Counted from the stretch's first letter, positions 28,182 to 37,870 are shown. The stretch is 64,000 nucleotides of DNA from Catajapyx aquilonaris (GCA_000934665.2 KZ538179.1:1-64000); one strand, 5' to 3'. Translations and numbers: made by a program. Notes: generated from the sequence alone by a model not told the origin.

Positions 28182-29493
28182 TAATATTTTTATGTATGTC
28201 ACGCCTAATTAAGCCACTTCCCGGGCACGGAGAGCGCTCAAATTTTGCACAGCCATGTCTTACATATCGGTGACTCCGGGAAAAGTCCCAAAACCGCACT
28301 TTTTTGAGTCTAAGGGGGGGTTTTTAGCAGATTAAGCAATTGCCTAGCAACCCTCGCTGTCAACAAGCCCAAAAGAAGGATCTGCCTCTCTCACTCATGT
28401 TCTAAAATGAAATCAACATTGCATATTCAACAATGAAAACAATAGAACAACGGGCAGGTTGACAAGAATAATATAATTGCAGTACACGTAGGGTATTGTA
28501 ACAATGAACGGTTGGAGTACTTCGGGGAGTGCCGAGATCAACAATACCGAACAATACAGTACTGTACAGTACATATCCATAGAACCTGCCACAAGGCACC
28601 AGGAAACACAGAGGAAAGAGTAGCAGGTATACGTTCGTGTGTTTGGTCTCGAGAAGTGTTGAAGTGATGCCGTCATGTTCAGATTGTGTCATCATCTAAT
28701 ATTTCAAGAAATTCCAATAGGCCTACAAAATTTTCAAATGTAATTTTAAAACCGGGGATAATGTGAAATGGCGTAAAATGGAGCGGCGTAAAACGGTTTC
28801 TTCCCATATGGGAAATCTTTCTTGGCCGTTTCACAACCAGTACGCTATCATAATTTTCAATTGATCATTGTGATTTTGTTTATGGATCATGATTTCCGTG
28901 TTCTGGATATGTGATAGGAGACATGGCAAAGCATACAATGAACATGGTAATAATATTATTTCTCCCTGGGTCGTAAATAAAAAGCGTAAAATCAGACATT
29001 CGCATTTCCTGGTGTTCTGAAATAGGTCCCCTGGTTTTGATAATGGCCTACTGGACTTATTGCAGTATGATTTACTGTGATCTGTACTTACGAATGGGCT
29101 CCCAAGGCTAAGGATACAGGTAGTACCCGTTGTGTTATCATCATATTTTTCACAATTTTTCAATTTAAAATTTTTATTACATCATTTTCACACCGGTGTT
29201 AACGTAAAACGGCGTAAAATGGAGGGTGTAAAACGGGTACCTTACTGTATTTGATAATTGGACGGTGTTATGCAATAATGCATCAACCCACATGAGAACA
29301 GTTTTGAGAAAAGGGGCTTTGAAGGTCATACCTGTGAAATTATCTACGTATATGTAAGGCAAAAAATTGCCCATGGCAACAGAATTTTGTTGGTGATTAC
29401 CGTAGAATCAGGCCTATAAATGGTTTCATCTTTGGCACTTCCCCCAATTTTTTTATCCAATTTTTTTTATTCCCCCTCCCCTCAATGTATCTC

Positions 29494-29633
29494 CACCTTG
29501 CCGTGGTGGTGGGCTTTCGTTTTCCCATGATCCTGAAGAGCTATGCCGGCGGTAGTTTCATCTACTGACTACTGGTAGGGCCGCCCAAGTCGGACAGGTC
29601 TTTGGGACAGGAGACAGGCTAAGAGAGATACCA
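29494..29633 (+). mobile_element. Fragment resembling the 5' UTR of an RTE-clade LINE
   Basis: CACCTTGCCGTGGTGGTGGGCTT...ATGATCCTGAAGAGCTATGCCG...GGTAGGGCCGCCCAAGTCGGACAGGTC...AGACAGGCTAA follows the conserved RTE 5' motif as I recall it. Confidence 0.55.
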
Positions 29634-30318
29634 GTCTTTCCTCTCTTCTTTTTCCTCTTCGTTTCTCTCTCCATCTGTCCCACCTTTTTGTATTCTGATA
29701 ACCACATAGCCATAGTTGTGTGGCTCTTTATTACGCAAACAAACCAGAATTTTTACACCCTTCCAGTGCCTACATATGCAAGGGAATGAGCAGTTTTGCA
29801 TTTAATATTGCTTGAGATCGAAGAAGATTTCGGTGTAATTATCCACGCTCTTTTTTTCCCTGCGCGAAGAACGGGTGCCTCTGCTAGTTTAATATAAATT
29901 GTGCATAAAAATTAGTGAAATTATAATTATGAATTCTCTGTTGTATAAAGGTGTGTTGCCAAGTTTGTGAGAGTCCGTCGTATTAAAAGCAAGAGTGAGA
30001 AACCAATTTTCAAACCCTACATGTCTGTTGACTTGTACGCTTAAAAGCCTCGGATACGCTTTTAAAAAAAAACTGAACAACTTGGGTGCACACCTTAATG
30101 ACAAGTTATTAGCGGCTATGTTGGATGAACACGTTTTTGCAGTAGGACTTGTGGCCTACATGGGCATTGCAGCAAGTAGGGAAATTGAATTTATATTGCA
30201 TCCTGTGTTGCATATTGTGGGCATGCAAGATTAACGTAAAGTCCAAAAAACTATGATTTGAGATAATACTATGCAGGGATGTGACCTTACACTTTTTCTG
30301 TGCTAGTGAATTCATAAA

Positions 30319-30451
30319 ATCCTGGCTGCTGGCTGGTTGATTATTAAATGAATGAGTAGGGCCAAATAGAGGATAGAGCAGAACGAATGGGACATAGTGG
30401 AATTGTCAAAATTCTAAACTGACAAAACGGGATTTTGTGTCTTTCACTTGT
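30319..30451 (+). ncRNA. Candidate box H/ACA snoRNA (non-canonical ACT tail)
   Basis: ATCCT/AGGAT stem, H box AGAGCA at 30375-30380, second hairpin GACATAG..TTGTCA/TGACAA..TTGTGTC. GGCTGCTGGC is antisense to the conserved 18S GCCAGCAGCC. Confidence 0.4.
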
Positions 30452-31481
30452 ATGCTCAAGATATTTGAGAGAACAGGGTAAATTGACCAATTAGAACATT
30501 CATAGCCATGTCTGTATGTGTTTGCCTGACTCAGTTTCTTCTGGTTGAAGCACTTGACAAAATTTCAATAATTGAGGTGAGTGAGAAATGACCACAGCCA
30601 ATCTTGCTTCTATGCAGCCGGATCAGTTCACAGGACAATAATAATAAACCTGATGGCCTCCTTTCTAAGCTCAGTAAAACTGGTACAAATCAACCATTTT
30701 GTGCCAAGTTGGCATCCAGCTGTTGCAGTGGCCAATAGATACCCATTGAGGACTTTCTCAAGAAGTAGGAAGGGGGAGAGAATAGTAGAGCAGTGGATTG
30801 ACCATTGCCACCACTAAGATTTTATTTGTTGAATGCGGAAATTCCCTTCTATCACTAAGCAGGATAATTTTTGTCATAATGTAACCCTGGCATTCCTTCT
30901 TTGAAAGAAACCTAAGTCTGTGTGTGACACACTCACATGTAGTGTGGTTTCTCCCCGTCCCCCACACTGTTATTCTATTTCTATTTCTAAGGTGTGGCTT
31001 TTGCATGGTTGTTTTGTGTATGCCATTGCTGCTGTGCAGTGTTTTAAAAAAATTAATTTGGTGTGAAACTTCCCATGTAGTAATTAATTGGTAACAGGGA
31101 ATGTGCCAATGACAGCTGAAATGAGGTGGTCTTGAGGGAAAAGAGTTTGACAAGCATTGACATTGACTGTGGACAACAAATTGGTCTAGTATGGTTCTCA
31201 TGCACGTTTGTAACTGTTAGGCATGAAAACAGGATTAATCTACGTCCTTGTTTGTTAAGAAATCATGTTTGTCATATGAATGGTAATAATGCTGAACTGA
31301 TGCAAGAATTTTAATGCAAAATGCAGTGTTGTGGAGTATTTAAATATAAAAATAGCCAAATGTGTCTGATGATGTGACATTTTGATATTACCCTACAGAA
31401 CAGAAGCTTATACAACTGTACATGATATTTATTGTTAGATCTAAGTTTAATTCTGTATTATATTCATTAATCTTGTTGCAG

Positions 31482-32324
31482 ATGAAGGACTGTGCAGTAA
31501 CTGGCAAGATGAAACCTGAAGACAGTAGGGGTGAAGAGTCAAGGGGAGGCTGTGCAGCCGAACTCACCACTGAGCAGCAGGCTCACCTACTGCATCAAGA
31601 CTCCCGCTTGGTTCCCGCATTCAAGGCTCAAAAGTTGGAGGCAGAGGCTCAACGTAACTGGGACCTCTTTTATAAGCGCAATGAGACCCGCTTCTTTAAG
31701 GACCGCCATTGGACTACAAGAGAGTTCCAGGAGCTTGTGGAAAGTGACCCAGGAAGAAAGATATTGTTGGAGATTGGATGTGGGGTTGGAAACTTTGTAT
31801 TCCCATTATTGGAAGAAGGGCTGAACCTACGAGTCTATGCATGTGACTTTTCACCTAGAGCAGTTGAGTTCGTGCGCAGCCATCCTTTATATAATGAGAC
31901 TATGATCAAAGCTTTCCAGTGTGACTTGACCAAAGATGAGTTACAGCTGGAAGGGAACCTGGCTTGTATTGCGAGTCTAATATTTGTATTGTCGTCCATT
32001 CATCCGACTAAGTTCAGTGATTGCTTGAAAAAGATATGGGACTCTGTTAAACCGGGTGGGATGGTCATCTTTAGAGATTATGGCCGCTATGACATGGCTC
32101 AGTTGAGATTTGGACCAGGGAGCAAAATAAGTGACAATTTCTATGCTCGCCAAGATGGAACGAGAGTGTACTACTTGACCACGGAAGAGGTTGATAGATT
32201 GTTCACTGATGCAGGATTTGTCACCCATGCTTTGAGTTACGTGCATAGAAGGACTCTGAACTTGAAGGAAGGGGTTGATGTCCCTAGAATTTTTGTGCAA
32301 GGAAAGTTTCTCAAGCCATCCTAA
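31482..32324 (+). CDS. METTL6: tRNA N3-methylcytidine methyltransferase METTL6 (single large coding exon)
   Basis: NWDLFYKRNETRFFKDRHWTTREF, LLEIGCGVGN, YACDFSPRAV, FRDYGRYDMAQLRF, FYARQDGTR, VPRIFVQGKF. The acceptor TTGTTGCAG lies immediately before ATG 31482. Confidence 0.96.
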   Translation: MKDCAVTGKMKPEDSRGEESRGGCAAELTTEQQAHLLHQDSRLVPAFKAQKLEAEAQRNWDLFYKRNETRFFKDRHWTTREFQELVESDPGRKILLEIGCGVGNFVFPLLEEGLNLRVYACDFSPRAVEFVRSHPLYNETMIKAFQCDLTKDELQLEGNLACIASLIFVLSSIHPTKFSDCLKKIWDSVKPGGMVIFRDYGRYDMAQLRFGPGSKISDNFYARQDGTRVYYLTTEEVDRLFTDAGFVTHALSYVHRRTLNLKEGVDVPRIFVQGKFLKPS

Positions 32325-32343
32325 TTCATGTAAGTAACTTAAG

Positions 32344-32514
32344 TGTTGACTTTCAAGAGTCAGATTGTTGTCCTTTATGCCCTCGTTATGTCCTTTTCGG
32401 TTTGTCTCCAATATTAAGAATAATTATTTTAAATTTAATCAGTATCTAAATCAGCAAATGTGTGTGGGCTTACAAAGTAATTGAATTTATGAGTGCTAAC
32501 ATGATTATACAGCA
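32344..32514 (+). ncRNA. Candidate box H/ACA snoRNA
   Basis: Hairpin, H box AGAATA at 32417-32422, hairpin, ACA at 32509-32511. Begins just inside the donor at 32330. Confidence 0.35.
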
Positions 32515-32558
32515 CAGCAAGGCAGCATACTCAAGAATATAGTAATTAAGGTTGGACC

Positions 32559-32707
32559 TACAGTGTGGAAAACCAAACCGCGATCTGACGTCATCAAGGT
32601 TGCCATGGAAATACCCTCTCACAACAGTATGAGTAAACAATGTCAACAAAAAAGGAACAATGTAAGAAACAATGATGTCAGATCGCCATTTCGTTTTCCA
32701 CACTGTA
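32559..32707. mobile_element. Tc1-like MITE
   Basis: TACAGTGTGGAAAAC...GCGATCTGACGTCAT / ATGATGTCAGATCGC...GTTTTCCACACTGTA. Confidence 0.75.
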
Positions 32708-32780
32708 AGTGTCCGTAACTATTTTATAATGGCTTTCTTAAGCTGAGTGACTCTGCTCATGTTTCTGCACTGAATCAGCA

Positions 32781-32858
32781 TTCAATGATGACTTTCTTTG
32801 CTACTCTTGACAGTTTGGGTGACGACACTCCTACCACCAATATAATAAAACTGAGAAT
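32781..32858 (+). ncRNA. SNORD76: Box C/D snoRNA, U76/SNORD76-like, copy 1
   Basis: C ATGATGA 32785, guide TTTGCTACT-C, D' TTGA 32807, C' GTGACGA, TACCACCAA, D CTGA 32851; terminal stem ATCAGCA/TGCTGAT. Antisense to 28S UUGGUGGUAGUAGCAAA. Confidence 0.88.
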
Positions 32859-33590
32859 TGCTGATTTCAGACAAAAAGGATTGTGTGCATATTAGTCCCA
32901 GCACAGAGGAAACTGGATCTGTCCTGATACTGGCTCACTATTTTGTTGTTAAGGACAGCCTTGCCAATCTAGATAGTTGAATGACTTCAGGTCAGCATGG
33001 ATGAATTCTGTCGGTGTGAAACAATGTAAAATGACAGCACCAACAGCATTCTTCAATGCTGACCTGAAGTCAATCAGCATTCGACTGATATCTGTAATGG
33101 GCAAAGAGTGGGGGCCAGTTCTGGAATGGTTCCATACTCTAAATAGTGCTTTGTAATTGAACCCAATGAGGCATAATTTCTGTTTTCATGTCTGTATTTA
33201 TTTTTCTAGGTAAGTGCAAGTTAGCCTGCAAGGGTTGTGGTCAAATACAAAGGTTAGTTTACTGGTTTCTACTTAAATTTGCATAGAGCCTGTCACACAT
33301 GCAAACACTTGTAATGGCAACAAGAAAAAAAGGAATAGTGATCCATCATCTTTGAATGAAAAGGAGAAATAACAATATTGTGAAAAAGGGCAAACCTAGT
33401 AGGAAGAGTGGAACGTGCTTTTTAGCCATGAGTTGCAGTAACCCTGAAATTAGTAGGTTTGTTGTCCTTACCCATACCCTTATAAATTAAAAGAATATCC
33501 CTTAAAAGGCAACAGGTTCATTATGAGGTTTATTGTTGTCCTTGCAATGTGTTTCTTGTGAAATAATCTTTGCCTAGGGTGCAATATCAG

Positions 33591-33667
33591 CTGACATGAT
33601 GTCTGAATTTTTATTATACCAAAAGTGGCACTGAATTTAGTGATTGAAATGTATTATACCTGATCAT
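33591..33667 (+). ncRNA. Box C/D snoRNA with 28S guide TACCAAAAGTGGC, copy 1
   Basis: C ATGATGT 33596, guide 33617-33629, D' CTGA 33631, C' GTGATTG, D CTGA 33660; flanking stem ATCAGC/GCTGAT. Confidence 0.8.
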
Positions 33668-33848
33668 GGCTGATGTGCACCCAGTGATCTGATGTTTCAC
33701 ATGGGGAAGTGACAAGTAATACAATAACCATTTTTCAAATTTGCAGATGGAGCAAACTGAAACGATGCAACTAAGGAAACTTCTGTAAGCCATGTAGGTT
33801 CCTTCATTTTAATTTGAAAGATATACTGTAAATCCATTGTGCAGGAAA

Positions 33849-33928
33849 TATCCGTGATGTCATTCTTTGCTATTCTTGACTGCTTGGTTGATGAGTTCTC
33901 AATTACCACCAATATTTAGACTGAGAAT
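33849..33928 (+). ncRNA. SNORD76: Box C/D snoRNA, U76/SNORD76-like, copy 2
   Basis: C GTGATGT 33854, guide TTTGCTATT (would form a G-U pair), D' TTGA 33876, C' TTGATGA, D CTGA 33921; stem CAGGAAAT/ATTTCCTG. Confidence 0.82.
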
Positions 33929-34110
33929 TTCCTGAAAGTGATCAATTTTGGGTGTAAAACTTCAATATTACATTGTGTGTTGTATGCTTCAGGGTTCATC
34001 GTGTGCAATCTCTGCTGACGGCTTTCATTAGGTGAGTCTAGTGGACTTTCAAATGTTATGAAATGCTAAAATCATATGGTGATATGATGTTCAGACATAA
34101 CAAATATCAG

Positions 34111-34189
34111 CTGACATGATGTCTAAATTTTTATTATACCAAAAGTGGCACTGAATTTACAGTGATTGAAAAGTATTATATCTGACCAT
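34111..34189 (+). ncRNA. Box C/D snoRNA with 28S guide TACCAAAAGTGGC, copy 2
   Basis: C ATGATGT 34116, guide 34137-34149, D' CTGA 34151, C' GTGATTG, D CTGA 34182. Confidence 0.8.
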
Positions 34190-34372
34190 GGCTGATTTGC
34201 ATCCAGTAACCTGATACTTCACATGGGGGAAGTGACAAATAGTACAATAACAGTTTTTCATATTTGCAGATGGAGCAGAACTGAAATGATGCAACTAAGG
34301 AAACTTCTGTAAGCCATGTAGGTTCCTTCATTTTAATTTGAAAGAAATACTGTAAATCCATTGTACAGGAAA

Positions 34373-34450
34373 TATCCGTGATGACATTCTTTGCTACTCT
34401 TGACTGCTTGGTTGATGAGAATAATTACCACCAATATTTAGACTGAGAAT
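34373..34450 (+). ncRNA. SNORD76: Box C/D snoRNA, U76/SNORD76-like, copy 3
   Basis: C GTGATGA 34378, guide TTTGCTACT-C, D' TTGA 34400, C' TTGATGA, D CTGA 34443; stem CAGGAAAT/ATTTCCTG. Confidence 0.88.
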
Positions 34451-34629
34451 TTCCTGAAAATTTTAGTGATCAATTGTGGGCTTAAAACTTAAATATTACA
34501 TTGTGTGTTTTATGCTTCAGGGTTCATCGCAATCTCTGGGTGCAATCACCCGGTGTGCAATCTCTGCTGACAGCTTTCATTAGGTGAGTCTAGTGCACTT
34601 TCAAATGTTATTAAATGCTAAAATCATAC

Positions 34630-34701
34630 GGTGACATGATGTTCAGACATTACCAAAAGTGGCACTGAATTACAGTGAGGATCTTATAAAACCTGATCAC
34701 C
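34630..34701 (+). ncRNA. Box C/D snoRNA with 28S guide TTACCAAAAGTGGC, copy 3
   Basis: Perfect stem GGTGA/TCACC, C ATGATGT 34636, 14-nt guide 34650-34663, D' CTGA 34665, C' GTGAGGA, D CTGA 34693. Confidence 0.85.
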
Positions 34702-35457
34702 AAATTAAATTAGTCATTTGTTGAGGTAGTGGTTAAATACTGGGTATTAAACTGTTTTTACGTACACAGGAAATGAAGTGAGGTACGATGCAAATGGCAG
34801 GAACTTCACATTTGAATACTTGATGTCGTTACCATTTGCTGACACGCTATGAATGAGTGCTGAAGCAGTTTGAAGAGTGAAATACATATTCCTGCTGTGA
34901 ACTTCTTGGCTGGATGCAAACTATGCAATGCCCCTTCTACTTGGGGCCAAAAAGGAGAAGGAACTCAATTTCAAGCAATACTGGAACTTGACTGTGTAAC
35001 AGCTATGAATGGCTACACCTACATCCTGTCCCCACAACATTTTGACCTGATGTTGCTGGATTCCTTAATTGTCACAAGTTCAACTGCACAAACGAATGGT
35101 ATGAGATCGTTTACTGGAGTGATATCAATTTGAAGGTGCAATACTAGTGATTGACTGGATGACAGAACATTCAGAATATAACTATGAATAGTTTGAAGAT
35201 TTTCTGTCATTCTTTTCAGTCGTGTGTGTTAATTTGTACCTAAAATGTAAATTGTCAAGCTTGCAATCAGACTTGTGCTATCTGTAACACCAAAGCCTTC
35301 TTGTAAGTTGCATTTTGCAGAAATTTGGGTGATGACAAATCCCTGTCCCCTGCCTTTGTCAATGAAAATCTAGGTATGAGGTGGATGAAGACTACTTTTG
35401 CCATCTCATGCCAGGAAAACTACACCTGCAATGTGCAGTAAGCTCTAGTGTTTCTTG

Positions 35458-35627
35458 TACAGTGTTGGACATTAATCGAGGCATACTGCTAGCGACATCT
35501 TCCGAAGCGGCAGAAGAAGGAATCTTGCTCGCCTGGCTTGCTTGCACTATCCTTATCTTCGATTCCTTCTTCTGTCGCTTCGGAAAATGTCGCTAGCAGT
35601 ATGCCTCGATTAATGTCCAACACTGTA
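35458..35627. mobile_element. Palindromic Tc1-like MITE (TA-CAGTG...CACTG-TA)
   Basis: Arms are nearly identical to those of the copy at 25416-25574. Confidence 0.88.
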
Positions 35628-35857
35628 CACCTCAGACTATTACTAGAGGCCACCAGAGTGTGAAGCAAGAAGAATAAAACCTTAGCCTTACTGCACAATG
35701 TTGATGCAGTTTTTGTGTAGGACACTGTACTTATGTGATGTCAATTTTTCTATGTTGCTACATTTCAAGAACTTGGAGAGCAAAGTAGGAGACAATGATC
35801 AGGGTAAAAGCTCGTTTAATATTGCTTATGATGCAGTTTTTATACAATATTGTGTAC

Positions 35858-35936
35858 GGAGCAATGTGATGAACTTCTAGTTGGTTTGATTAACCATGAT
35901 TTTGCATGTAATGCATTAGCTCTGGCTGATTGCTCC
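35858..35936 (+). ncRNA. SNORD44: Box C/D snoRNA, U44/SNORD44-like (18S Am166-equivalent guide)
   Basis: Stem GGAGCAA/TTGCTCC, C GTGATGA 35866, D' TTGA, C' ATGATT, guide ATTAGCTCT-GG before D CTGA 35926. Antisense to 18S UAGAGCUAAU; GCATGTA upstream also matches 18S UACAUGC. Confidence 0.82.
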
Positions 35937-36077
35937 AAAATTTTAACAAAACTGCAACAGTTACTTGCTACAAAACTTCTACTGACATTTTGTTCCCCGT
36001 CTTTCACAGACTGATTGTGTTCACATGTGTGTGGAGATGGGCATCCAGTCTCAGGCCCAAGTTGGAGGTATGCCATC

Positions 36078-36151
36078 ACATTGATGCCGGAGAAAATGTT
36101 ATGACAGATTAATACTGAAAATTTGTGATTCAGCATGTATTAGCTGATTTC
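36078..36151 (+). ncRNA. Box C/D snoRNA with U45-like guide (18S Um172-equivalent); boundaries uncertain
   Basis: GCATGTATTAG (36133-36143) lies immediately before CTGA 36144 and is antisense to 18S CUAAUACAUGC. Weak C TTGATGC 36081, CTGA 36115, GTGATT 36125. Confidence 0.55.
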
Positions 36152-36606
36152 CTCCACATTTTCGTTCGTTGACAGTCACAGTTCCTTACTATAACTAAGT
36201 GACTAGCGAATTTTATCTTTACTGTCCTGCCATTGCTCCTGTGCATTGACAAATCACTGGAAGAGCAAGTGACACTCAAACTGTAGTCTGAAGTTAAATC
36301 ATTAAACTTGTACAAAAATTTGGCTGTTGATTAATGACATGGTTTCGCATGGTTTGGTGCAATGTTAACTGTTTGAATTTTGTCTACAATTTGTGCTAAA
36401 GTAATCTTTGTAGAAAATAAACCAGATCTGAAAATGAAATCTGCCAAACTGGCATCATTGAAGTTCTATTCATTCACATCAAATGCATAATTTTTTCTGA
36501 ATCACAAAATAATGACCTTGACTTATCCACATCCACCAAGGTTTACACAGGTACAAAAACAATGAGATTCTCAACAAATCGAACTTGGTCAATTTTGCGT
36601 GTGACC

Positions 36607-37870
36607 TTACCTGGGCTTGGTCCATTTGCGGCATTGCATAACACTCACAAACGTACTTCGTATTTCAGCACTGCACAAGCAATACACATAGAAGTTAGCT
36701 GCAAAGCTGAGAAGCTCCAAGTCATTAGAGGTGGCCCGGAATATCTGGAATCCCAAGTCGTCCTCCATGTTTTCAGTGTATAAGATTGACAGAAATGCGG
36801 CTGGGGTTGTGCATGATATGAAAAGTGCTATGATCCCCAGCATTATCCTCAAGAGTCGTCTCTCTTCTGGACTCTGCTTCCAACGTGATGGCCTTCTCGA
36901 TGACGTTGACGAGTGTGTTGAACTAGCACGTGAGGCAAGTCCTGCCAAGGACGTCATTGGTATTGAAGCACTGACTGTGTGGACTGGGGATTTTTGGGGC
37001 TGAGGCAGTCCAGGCACAGAGCAATCAGAGGAGGAGGCAGAATCCTGTGGGGCTGAGGGTGGGGTGGCGCAACCTTCCCTTAGGCGCCGTCGTCGCTCAG
37101 TGACACTTCGGAAGTGGGAGAGGATGAGTGCATTGAGAACAATGAGACTGACTAAAGGCAAAAATCGCATGAGGGACTCGCTGACCCACAGGTACGCCTT
37201 CCACCACTGCTGTTCAGTCACCTGCTCGTTGTCCATCACACCCCACATTTGCCACGTATCTGTGCCATTGCTATAAGAGAAGGGATTTGTATTAGCTTAG
37301 TGAGTATCTCTGCTCAGCAATATCCACTGAGTTACCCACAATTCAAGCTTGGTAATGTCTCCTTTCAATTTATTGTTTTACTTACCTGATGCTTACAACT
37401 TTCCTGTACCAGCAGAGGGGTGTGTTGAGGACCACCCCTGCTAAAAATGCAGCTGCTATGTATCTGTGTGCACTGGCTAAGTTGTGCCTGTGTGGAAACC
37501 GTGTAGGCCTGGCCACAGAGAGGTATCTCTCAACAGTCATCTCAATAATCAGGAAGACAGACGTGGCAGAGAAGCAGTTGATAAGTGGCAGCTCCAAATG
37601 GGCTCGAAAAAAGGCTCCAGCGTAGCTTCTCTCCGAATAGATATCAAGAACGTCCATGAGCAAGGCAATGGAGTGGAGCAGGGCCAGGAGGTTTGCAACA
37701 GCAAGGGCCAAAAGATACCGATACATGACTCCACCACGCAGGTGGGGCCTTGTCAGCACCACCAGGTTCAGCGTGTTTCCCACCAAACCACTGCCCATAA
37801 TTACTGGAGCAACCACCCCATAAGCTATCCATTTCACATGCTTTATGGCCTCATCATGTGGTGTTGACAT
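36607..37870 (-). CDS. Class A (rhodopsin-like) GPCR, FMRFamide/sex-peptide-receptor-like orphan; exons 37386-37870, 36607-37270
   Basis: Seven hydrophobic segments: GLVGNTLNLVVLTR, YLLALAVANL, MTVERYLSV, RFLPLVSLIVLN, FISCTTP, ANFYVYCL. The stop overlaps an AG|GTAAGG, so a further exon cannot be excluded. Confidence 0.88.

Larger units (their letters stand above)
32330..36430 (+). ncRNA. Spliced non-coding snoRNA-host segment (3' UTR of METTL6 or UHG/GAS5-like host); tiny exons 33747-33784, 33993-34031, 34270-34308, 34521-34583, 34770-34782, 36010-36067
   Basis: GTAAGT donor after a 5-nt spacer following the METTL6 stop. A series of YAG|13-63 nt|GTRAG-like exons follows, with C/D snoRNAs ending 68-84 nt before the acceptors. 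Terminal acceptor ~36413 and AATAAA ~36416. The exon list is probably incomplete. Confidence 0.8.

Noticed and set aside
31365..31445. C/D snoRNA just upstream of the METTL6 exon
   Set aside because: TGATGA is present, but there is no proper D box or stem, and TTACCCTAC matches 28S in the sense rather than antisense orientation.
32783..32831. Extra GPCR last exon on the minus strand (RSVVTQTVKSSKESHH*), and likewise ORF 36130-36315
   Set aside because: These overlap + strand snoRNA candidates, which explain the sequence better; there is no independent support.
35325..35415. C/D snoRNA starting GTGATGA at 35329
   Set aside because: The D box is degenerate (CTCA) and no convincing guide was identified; possibly a decayed copy.
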